Assembly: GCA_039920285.1 (NCBI GenBank)
Contig: JBDSDX010000001.1
Span: forward strand, 120,001-152,000
Reading direction: 5' to 3'
Source of the DNA: Candidatus Saccharimonadota bacterium
GTDB taxonomy: Bacteria; Patescibacteriota; Saccharimonadia; Saccharimonadales; Saccharimonadaceae
DNA length: 32,000 nucleotides
The notes below the pieces were generated by a model that worked only from the letters and a program-made list of their open reading frames with translations, ran no database searches and was not told where the DNA came from. Both the position numbers and the translations under genes were made by a program. Numbering within the stretch: position 1 is the stretch's first letter; every line of letters starts with the position of its first letter. Positions 15,118 through 22,669 of this stretch are shown piece by piece.

Positions 15118-18100
15118 ATGGGGCCCCAAGACAACGACGAAAATAACCCAGGCCAACAAAATGCTGACAGAACGTTTGGCTCAGACTCGCGAGATCTTAG
15201 AGGTGCCGAGGATACCGGTAACTGGAAAACACGAGTAGGAGATACTGCAAGGGATGCTGCACAAGACGTCGCCAAAAAAGCTCTAAGAAAAACAGAAGGC
15301 GAAGTAGCGGAAAAGGTCGCGGCTAAAGCAGGAGCAAAAATGGCGACAAAACTGGCCGCTGGAGCAGCAACAGGGGTTGAAACGGCTGGTGTCGGAGCTG
15401 CTCTCGCTGTTGCTGATATTCTTCGAGATAAAGATACGCGCAATCTTCTTGCCAAAAAGATCCTCCCTGTTATTATTGGTCTCGTGATTCTCATAACCGG
15501 TGGTGCAATTGGCATTATTTTGACTGGTCTCCTCGCGCCAATTGCTTTTTTCGATACACTGTTTGATGATTTAAATGACCAAGTACCGGCGCTCGACATG
15601 CGTAATCAAGCAGCACTTAATAACATGGTACCGAACAACGTCAAGGCAGCAGCACTCGATACATGTAAGAGCTCTCCAGAATCAATCATCTGTCGTTCTA
15701 GGACGTTGTCTGAAACCCAAATCACACGACTTCAACGCGCCGGTATTGAGGTGAGTGGGGATAAATACGGAGATAGGCTATTACCAACATCATACACATT
15801 CAAAGATAAGTCGTACGATCCCAATGAATTTGCCAAAGCCGTTCAAAATGATGATACCTTACGACTCGCATACAAACGTGCTTTCAATATGAAGGTGTTG
15901 GGTTTTAGTGACGCTTCGTTTGTAGGCAACACGCTGACGCGTTTCGGTGGTTCAAAACAAGCACCAGATCTTCAGGGGAGTCATGAAGATAAAGTAAATC
16001 AACTTATTAACCGACAAAAGGCGAGTAACGCTGACGGATCTGCAACAGACAAAACTTCAACAATTCCTGCCGACGCTGTCTTTGTACCTGTAAAAACAAA
16101 TGATGACGGTACCCCGGCTGAAGGTACTACCTACACACTAAAAGGAAGTACGTCCGGTGAAGAGTTTACTCAGGCTGACGTCGATAAGGTTAATGCAGCT
16201 AAAACAACAACTCCTTCCGGTGACACTCCTCCGACTCAAATCGGCGATCTTATAATCGGAAGTGCCAGTGCTTTTGGTTACTGGGACCTTGCTTGCACAG
16301 TTAAAAGTATGGTGGCGGCGGCATCGTTGTCTGCAAAGGTCGCAAACCAATCGGCAATCGTGAATTATGTCCAACCAGTGGCGGCGCTCGCATATAAAGC
16401 AAAGGCAGGAGACATATCGGTGAGCGATAGTCAGGTACTCGCTGAATATTTCAACAAAACTGATAATCGAAAACAGATTGAGTCGCCGGCGGCGAGTTAT
16501 GAAAATGCGACTATTGATGGGACAACAATTAAACCGGAATCTGGAAGTAGTAAGCTGATCGATAACCCAAATTATGGGAAAACCGCACTGGATTCACCGT
16601 TATTTAAAATGTCTCTCAATGGTGGAAGTAACCCTGGTACGACCGTTGCTGATAGTCAGTATGGGCTCGGTGTCAGTGTGAAGTCATTATTTGGTGGCAC
16701 ATCGAGTGCCGCCTCGGATACGATTGATGCTCTCAATAACGTCGGAAGTACGATAGACGACGCAACCTGTGCGGTTGTGCAAAACCCTATTGTTCGAGGA
16801 GTTGGTCTTATCTTTGGTTTATCTGGTGGGTTAATTACAGGTGCCGGAACGCTCGCCATAAAACTTCCTGTCTTGATCAACCTCGCGAACGGTGCGGTGA
16901 CATTAAATAAAATTATTCAAAACGGCAAAGCTGGTGCGGTCATCCCAGATAACCTCAGTGATTCTCCAGCCGACCTCGGAACACTGAGTTGGAACTATGT
17001 CACTGCTGTGTCTGGTCAAGCAGCTCAAAATAGAGGCCTTACCGGTGGAAACGCTCAGGAAGTCTTGGCATACCAAAAACTTGGTGCACAAAGTAAATCA
17101 GATTATATCGCTATTGAACAACAAGACACCAGTCCGCTCGATGCAACAAGTAAATACTCATTCCTCGGATCCCTCCTTTTGACACTTTCAACTATGACAA
17201 CGTCGCAGTTTAGTGGAAGCTCTTCACTTCGCAATATAGCGGGTATTGTTGCAGGGAGTGCTGCCGCAATCGTAAAACCGGCGAATACGTATGCTGCCAC
17301 TATCGATCCGGGTCGATTCGAACACTGTGACGACGTTGCCTATTCAAATGTCGGCATCAGTCCAGATGTCGAATGTAATATTCGTTATGTTATGTCAGCA
17401 GAAGATCTCAACCTCGACACCTATGATGTTCAGAAGGCAATGGGAAGTAGTGCGTGTGGCGGAAATGCCTGTGTCGACACCCTCACCACAACGGGATATC
17501 CTGATGGGTACTCACCAGTCGACCCTACATCTGTTCAGAAGTTTGCTGATAGTTTTATAAAAGGAAGTGACCCAACACTCTATGCCGATCGATTGAGCTC
17601 TGGTGTATATGATAACGACTACGCCAAATTCCTTGATTTCTGTGCATACCGTGCGCTCCCATATGGACAAACCTATGACCTAACAGGCCTCGATGAGAAA
17701 TGGCAAACGGGTGAGATATGTAAAACTGCTGGTGCCCCCTACAGTTACTACCGTGTGTACACACTCGATAACACAGCTCTCGAAGCACGCGACAAAGTCT
17801 ATGATTTTGCATCATCTCCACAAGGTAGTTTAAGTACAGGACGCCCAGAAAATACTGATGACTATGGTAACGGCTGGATCCTCCGTAACGGTGTTGATTA
17901 CTCATCATTCCAGTGCGATCCTCGAACAACTGATGCTGGAAAATACACAAACCCCGATCGTGGCTATACGATTCGTGTTTGCGACACAAAAATAGCCGGA
18001 ATTAAAACGACAACCAACGCACTCGTTTCAACAAATTTCATGAATATGTATGAAGCGGCAAAGAAGGATGGTATTACATTCTTCCTAGCTGAAAGTCTTC

Positions 18101-18387
18101 GTAAAAATACAGATCAATATTACAGTGCTCAGTCGCGACACAGTATGGGTCTCGCGTTCGACCTTGGATCATCCCAAAACGGAAACGGAAGTTGGTGTTA
18201 TTCTGGTCCTGCTGGTGACCTTGGTGGGGCAATAGCTTGTCGTTCAAGGACTGGTGCGGCTGGTGATGCTGTTCGCTGGATGGATGCACATGCTGCCGAG
18301 TATGGATTCCAAAACCTCAACAACGAGCCATGGCACTGGTCAACTGGTGAATCTGGTGGTCAATTTAACACGAAGAAGTTGCAGTAA
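15118..18387 (+). CDS. Large membrane-anchored extracellular protein with C-terminal VanY/M15-type (LAS family) peptidoglycan peptidase domain
   Basis: 1089 aa. One TM helix lies near aa 115-150 (ILPVIIGLVILITGGAIGIILTGLLAPIAFF). The ~800-aa central region has no motif I recognise. The C-terminus carries SRHSMGLAFD (18133-18162; SxHxxGxAxD) and EPWHW (18325-18339; ExxH), which are the zinc ligand motifs of D-Ala-D-Ala carboxypeptidase VanY/M15 enzymes. Confidence 0.6.
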   Translation: MGPQDNDENNPGQQNADRTFGSDSRDLRGAEDTGNWKTRVGDTARDAAQDVAKKALRKTEGEVAEKVAAKAGAKMATKLAAGAATGVETAGVGAALAVADILRDKDTRNLLAKKILPVIIGLVILITGGAIGIILTGLLAPIAFFDTLFDDLNDQVPALDMRNQAALNNMVPNNVKAAALDTCKSSPESIICRSRTLSETQITRLQRAGIEVSGDKYGDRLLPTSYTFKDKSYDPNEFAKAVQNDDTLRLAYKRAFNMKVLGFSDASFVGNTLTRFGGSKQAPDLQGSHEDKVNQLINRQKASNADGSATDKTSTIPADAVFVPVKTNDDGTPAEGTTYTLKGSTSGEEFTQADVDKVNAAKTTTPSGDTPPTQIGDLIIGSASAFGYWDLACTVKSMVAAASLSAKVANQSAIVNYVQPVAALAYKAKAGDISVSDSQVLAEYFNKTDNRKQIESPAASYENATIDGTTIKPESGSSKLIDNPNYGKTALDSPLFKMSLNGGSNPGTTVADSQYGLGVSVKSLFGGTSSAASDTIDALNNVGSTIDDATCAVVQNPIVRGVGLIFGLSGGLITGAGTLAIKLPVLINLANGAVTLNKIIQNGKAGAVIPDNLSDSPADLGTLSWNYVTAVSGQAAQNRGLTGGNAQEVLAYQKLGAQSKSDYIAIEQQDTSPLDATSKYSFLGSLLLTLSTMTTSQFSGSSSLRNIAGIVAGSAAAIVKPANTYAATIDPGRFEHCDDVAYSNVGISPDVECNIRYVMSAEDLNLDTYDVQKAMGSSACGGNACVDTLTTTGYPDGYSPVDPTSVQKFADSFIKGSDPTLYADRLSSGVYDNDYAKFLDFCAYRALPYGQTYDLTGLDEKWQTGEICKTAGAPYSYYRVYTLDNTALEARDKVYDFASSPQGSLSTGRPENTDDYGNGWILRNGVDYSSFQCDPRTTDAGKYTNPDRGYTIRVCDTKIAGIKTTTNALVSTNFMNMYEAAKKDGITFFLAESLRKNTDQYYSAQSRHSMGLAFDLGSSQNGNGSWCYSGPAGDLGGAIACRSRTGAAGDAVRWMDAHAAEYGFQNLNNEPWHWSTGESGGQFNTKKLQ

Positions 18388-19622
18388 TGATATATCGTTC
18401 TACTTTTATTAAAAAGTCTATTAGTACTCGTGTCTTAGCGATTGCTATGATTTTCTTCGCATCGTTCATGAGCCAAAATGTTCCTGTCCAGGCTTTTGGT
18501 GAGTACGAAGACTACTACAGTCGTAATAATATTCTCTTGTACGATAAAAGTGCGCCAAGTTGTAGTGCTGGTGCAACAAAAACATCAGCGAGCACCGCTG
18601 GGACGACCAGTACAACTGAAGTGAAGGTAGAGAAGACCGCCAACACAGACACAATTTTTAAATTCCTTACCACAACCTCTTTTAGTTCTAACAATAGTAA
18701 ACCAATGTCCGATGCGCAGGCTGCAGCGGTTATGGGTAATATGAAAGCTGAGTCAGGGCTTCGTCCAGAAGCAGTTGAAGCAACCGATCGAGCTGATAAA
18801 GGCCACGGGCTTGTTCAGTGGACCTTCGGACGGTGGAACGGTGCTAATGGGTTATCACCATTCGCGAATTCAAAAGGTAAAGACTGGACTGATCTCACCA
18901 CGCAACTGCAATTCCTCCAAAAAGAACTTGAGAGTAGCGAAAAGAAAATTTTCAGTGATGCTGAGTGGAATGCAGCAAAAGAACCTTCCGTTGCTGCAGT
19001 TCGTTGGGAAGTTGTTTTCGAGCGCGCAAACCCAGATGTCGCACACAATGACGTTCGAGCTGGCGCTGCGGTGGCGTTTTATAAACTCTACGGTGGCACC
19101 TCGAGTGGTGCGGATTGTGCACCTTCAAGTGGTGTCGTCGCTGGGAGTCTCGTGAAGACAGCACTCTACTTCGCACTTGATGCTCCTGCCGATGATGGCA
19201 AATCAGAAAAAGCAGATGCTAAAATCACCTATCAAAATGAAAAGGCGACCTATAACCCAATTGGAGATTGGTCTGATTGTGGCGCCTACATTGCGACAGT
19301 TGTTATTGCGAGTGGTGTTGATAAAAATTATCCAAAACTTGGTGTCGGTAATCAGATTAATTACGTCCGCGCGCATCCTGAACTCTATCAGGTCGATGAA
19401 AATCCAACCGCTGAGAAATTGAAACCTGGTGATATTATGTATATTCCAGCCCACACTACTATGTACACTGGCGCTGACAAATATCCGTCAGCTGACGCCT
19501 CATGGCACGAACGCGTTCCGTCGGTACGAAGTTCAGGTAGCGCGCAGTGGATGATCTCAAACGGAGCAATTACGGCTCGATTTATTGGTAAAGTCGCTGG
19601 CGGTGGCGGAGGAGGTGTTTGA
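18387..19622 (+). CDS. Secreted bifunctional peptidoglycan hydrolase candidate (phage-tail-lysozyme-like domain plus NlpC/P60-like Cys/His domain); VirB1/PrgK analog
   Basis: The signal peptide ends VQA|FGE. AAAVMGNMKAESGLRPEAVE...GHGLVQWTFGRWNG...LTTQLQFLQKEL resembles the phage tail-tip lysozyme family. The C-terminal WSDCGAYIA (Cys codon 19278-19280) and PGDIMYIPAHTTMYTG (His codon 19452-19454) resemble NlpC/P60 DCSG and GD...H..Y.G motifs. The start overlaps the upstream stop as TAATG, and the protein ends in GGGGGGV. Confidence 0.6.
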   Translation: MIYRSTFIKKSISTRVLAIAMIFFASFMSQNVPVQAFGEYEDYYSRNNILLYDKSAPSCSAGATKTSASTAGTTSTTEVKVEKTANTDTIFKFLTTTSFSSNNSKPMSDAQAAAVMGNMKAESGLRPEAVEATDRADKGHGLVQWTFGRWNGANGLSPFANSKGKDWTDLTTQLQFLQKELESSEKKIFSDAEWNAAKEPSVAAVRWEVVFERANPDVAHNDVRAGAAVAFYKLYGGTSSGADCAPSSGVVAGSLVKTALYFALDAPADDGKSEKADAKITYQNEKATYNPIGDWSDCGAYIATVVIASGVDKNYPKLGVGNQINYVRAHPELYQVDENPTAEKLKPGDIMYIPAHTTMYTGADKYPSADASWHERVPSVRSSGSAQWMISNGAITARFIGKVAGGGGGGV

Positions 19623-19623
19623 T

Positions 19624-20247
19624 ATGGGACGACGTGGCATAATATTGATCATTCTAGCGTTTATTGTGGTAATTGTCGTTATCTCAGTAATTGCATTAAT
19701 TCCACGCGCGCATCTTGTGTTTTCGATTGCGCCGACCGAAGCAACAGTGTCTATCAATGGCAAGACTCAATCGGTGAAGAATCAGCAATCCATCACGGTT
19801 GCACCTGGAGAGTTAAAAATTATTGTTTCTCGTAACGATTTTGGTCCATACACAGAGACTGTCACAGTAAAAAATGGTCAAACTTACGAGGTTATTGGTG
19901 CACTTGATCCACAAACTGATGCGGCTAACAAACTCATGCAAACCCCAGAAGCAATGGAGGTACTTCAGCGTGTCACTGATAAAAAAATGCGGGCTGATAC
20001 TGGTAAAGTTACAAAAGAAAACCCACTTATCAATGATCTCCCAATCAATGATAAGTATTTCTCAATTATTGCTTGTGCTTCACGAAAATATCCAGATGAT
20101 CCACTCAAGATTGCTATTTGTATTAAGTTATATAACCCAGAAGCAAAACAATCAGCTCTGGATACAATTACAGGTCGTGGTTACAAACTAGCTGATTATG
20201 AAATTGTCATTATTGATTCAAGTTATCAACAAGAGAGTGGTGACTAG
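19624..20247 (+). CDS. Membrane-anchored PEGA-like domain protein (last gene of T4SS-like operon)
   Basis: I prefer the ATG at 19624 (MGRRGIILIILAFIVVIVVISVIAL...), 1 nt after the upstream TGA. The segment IAPTEATVSINGKTQ...VAPGELKIIVSRNDFGPYTETVTVKNGQTYEV resembles a PEGA domain. Confidence 0.5.
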   Translation: MGRRGIILIILAFIVVIVVISVIALIPRAHLVFSIAPTEATVSINGKTQSVKNQQSITVAPGELKIIVSRNDFGPYTETVTVKNGQTYEVIGALDPQTDAANKLMQTPEAMEVLQRVTDKKMRADTGKVTKENPLINDLPINDKYFSIIACASRKYPDDPLKIAICIKLYNPEAKQSALDTITGRGYKLADYEIVIIDSSYQQESGD

Positions 20248-21290
20248 CCAAGGTGAATGTGTTTGTACTGCGTACTATCTGAAAGTATGTGTGTGCTCGT
20301 AATAACAATTTGGTGAGATCGAACAGTGTCACTGAGAGATTTTTGACGCTCGAGATCTAATTCCGAGAAGACATCATCAAGTAAAATAAGTGGTTTTATT
20401 CCTGTTAGCTTTTCAATGATATCAACTTCTAGAAACTTTAGCGCTAAGACGATCGTACGAACCTCTCCACGCGATGCAACCGACAAAGCTGGCGAGTGAT
20501 TAAAGTTAAAGATAATATCATGACGGTGCGGCCCTACGGACGTATTACCAAGCAATCGATCTCGTTCACCGTGTGCCTGAAGTTCGGCAATTAATCTTTG
20601 TTTAACATCTCCGACAAAAGTATGTGAATAGTGAATTGATACTTCGTCACCAGAATGAGCAATATCTTGATATGCCTCATTGAGGCGATTGTTTATTTGT
20701 TCAATAAACGCAATGCGTTGCTCAATAATATATGATCCGTGTTCACTCAGCGCAATATCCCAAGCAAACAACTGATCGGCTGGTGTATTAAATCGTTTTA
20801 AAAGATTATTGCGTTGTCTCAGTGCTCGTTCATATTTTCGTAATGCCACCCCGTAGAGAGGGTTGAGTTGTGAAATAAAACGATCAATAAACTGACGGCG
20901 GCGAGATGGTGAACCGTGCAGAAGACGAAGATCCTCAGGTTCAAAGAGCACCACAGGGTATTTGTGCCGCGGCATCATACGATAGAGATTCTTACTATCT
21001 ATAACGAATTGTTTGCGACCACTTGTCCGAGAAGGGTCAAACTTAATTGTTCGTTTTTCTTGGTCGTCAAAAAGGATATCAATTTTCCACCACGGTTTGT
21101 CGTGCCGCAATACTTCATTATCACTACCTTTGAACGATGAGCCTTGGAGTGAAATATATAGTGATTCAAGGAGTGTTGTTTTTCCACTTCCGTTTGCACC
21201 AGTAATAACCGTTACTCCTGGGGAAAGTTCGACGTCAAAACGATCATGCGATCGTATATTTTGAACTGCTAACTTAGCAATTGTCGCCAT
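20244..21290 (-). CDS. recF: DNA replication and repair protein RecF
   Basis: N-terminal Walker A ITGANGSGKTTLLESL, C-terminal LLLDDVFSELD, and a position directly after dnaN. Confidence 0.9.
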   Translation of the reverse strand: MATIAKLAVQNIRSHDRFDVELSPGVTVITGANGSGKTTLLESLYISLQGSSFKGSDNEVLRHDKPWWKIDILFDDQEKRTIKFDPSRTSGRKQFVIDSKNLYRMMPRHKYPVVLFEPEDLRLLHGSPSRRRQFIDRFISQLNPLYGVALRKYERALRQRNNLLKRFNTPADQLFAWDIALSEHGSYIIEQRIAFIEQINNRLNEAYQDIAHSGDEVSIHYSHTFVGDVKQRLIAELQAHGERDRLLGNTSVGPHRHDIIFNFNHSPALSVASRGEVRTIVLALKFLEVDIIEKLTGIKPLILLDDVFSELDLERQKSLSDTVRSHQIVITSTHILSDSTQYKHIHLG

Positions 21291-21291
21291 A

Positions 21292-22392
21292 TTAGCTCTT
21301 CAAAGGCATAATCACGTGATAATAGTTGGTGTCTTTTTTAGTGGACTTTAAGATACAAGGAGAAAGTTTGCCACTAAACCCAAATTCAATTGTGTCATCA
21401 TCAATCACTGAGAGAGCTTCTGCAAGATATCGTGAATTAAGTGTTACCTGACCGTCACCGCTAACCTCAGCGGTAAGTTCGGAGGTATTTTCTCCCATTT
21501 CTGATGCAATAGAGTGGAGTGAGACTGATTTTTTATCACCGTCAACTGTCACGGTGACACTTCCGCCTGATTCACGAGCAAATAACCCAGCTATTTTCGT
21601 TACACGGACAAACTCTTGTTTTGCGACAACCGCACTCGTATCAGATTGTTTTGGAATAAGTTGGCGATAATCAGGGAAATTCCCATCAACAAGACGGCTA
21701 ATAATCTCAGCTTCATTAATTCGGAAGCGAACTTGAGTTTCGTCAAAGAGAATATCCACAGTGTCGGAATCATCGACAATTGTACGGAGGACTTCTTGGA
21801 GGGTTTGAACAGGGATAATCGCCGATACTTCACTAGTTGTTTCAACGAGACGACGTTCAGAGAGGCGGTACCCGTCGGTTGCTGCAAGATATAATTGTCC
21901 TTCGTGAGAATGCCAATACACTCCTGTTAACACTGGTCGGGTTGAGTCAGAACTAGCGGTGATAATTGTTTGTGAAACAGCTTGTTTAAAGTCTTCAATA
22001 TTAATTGTGTAACTAATTGATGATTTCTCATTAATAGTTGGTAGTTCAGGGAAGTCATCAGCAATAACTCCATTAATAACTGATGTGTAGTTACCAGATT
22101 TAAGATGAATGTTATTGTTCACAATTTTTATATCTATCGAATCTTTTGGAAGACTACCCACAAACTCAGAGATAAGACGAGCGGGGACAGTAATTGCACC
22201 TGGTTTTACTATTTTTGCACCAATATATTGGGTTGTGGCGATTTCGAGATTTGTTGCAGCGACAAGTAAACGATTACCGTCTGTTCGTAAAAGAATATTA
22301 CTCAGGATGGGAAGTTGTGTTTTTGTACTTGCGACACGTCCAACTGCTGATAAAGCTCGGGCGAAGTTTTCTTGAGTGACTGTAAGTTCCAT
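21292..22392 (-). CDS. dnaN: DNA polymerase III subunit beta (sliding clamp)
   Basis: 366 aa with typical clamp sequence (LPILSNILL..., TDGYRLS..., VDGNFPDYRQLIP). It lies between dnaA and recF. Confidence 0.9.
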   Translation of the reverse strand: MELTVTQENFARALSAVGRVASTKTQLPILSNILLRTDGNRLLVAATNLEIATTQYIGAKIVKPGAITVPARLISEFVGSLPKDSIDIKIVNNNIHLKSGNYTSVINGVIADDFPELPTINEKSSISYTINIEDFKQAVSQTIITASSDSTRPVLTGVYWHSHEGQLYLAATDGYRLSERRLVETTSEVSAIIPVQTLQEVLRTIVDDSDTVDILFDETQVRFRINEAEIISRLVDGNFPDYRQLIPKQSDTSAVVAKQEFVRVTKIAGLFARESGGSVTVTVDGDKKSVSLHSIASEMGENTSELTAEVSGDGQVTLNSRYLAEALSVIDDDTIEFGFSGKLSPCILKSTKKDTNYYHVIMPLKS

Positions 22393-22669
22393 TGTGTTAT
22401 TCCTTCCTTATCTTTCCTTTTTGTTCTTAATAATAGGGGCTGTGGAAACTGGGTATAAGTGATGTATTAACAGATCTAAAACGTGATTTTTTTGAGTGGA
22501 AAGGTGTGGAGATAAAACGGGGATAAGAGTTGGTAAGTAGGGTGAGTTATAGACAGTAAGAGATGTGTTGTGGGTGGAGATACTAGAAACAGGGGATAGA
22601 ACCACACTCTTTATACCCCCAAGTTTCCCATAGGTGTACACATTTTTTACCCAGGCAGTAAGTATAGTT
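22393..22669. other. Putative oriC segment 1 (dnaA-dnaN intergenic): DnaA-box-like repeats plus AT-rich stretch
   Basis: 277-bp non-coding gap. DnaA-box-like motifs: TGTGGAAAC (22441-22449), TGTGGAGAT (22505-22513), GGGGATAAG (22519-22527), GTGGAGATA (22574-22582), GGGGATAGA (22592-22600). An AT-rich tract lies at 22401-22436 and the palindrome TGTACACA at 22635-22642. Confidence 0.6.

Noticed and set aside
14889-15599. 236-aa minus-strand ORF spanning the virB4 3' end and the start of the next gene
   Set aside because: It is antisense to two well-supported genes. Its composition (A/R/S/P-rich) is low-complexity and typical of the reverse frame of an Ala/Lys/Gly-rich region. No start context is visible.
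2452-20247. The T4SS locus as an integrative conjugative element or genomic island (tRNA genes at one end, T4SS genes)
   Set aside because: No integrase, relaxase, coupling protein, oriT-like repeat or bounding direct repeats are visible. Core genes (hsp20, comFC, tRNAs) are interspersed, and the far end abuts recF/dnaN/dnaA. By eye there is no compositional shift. It is better described as a resident chromosomal system.
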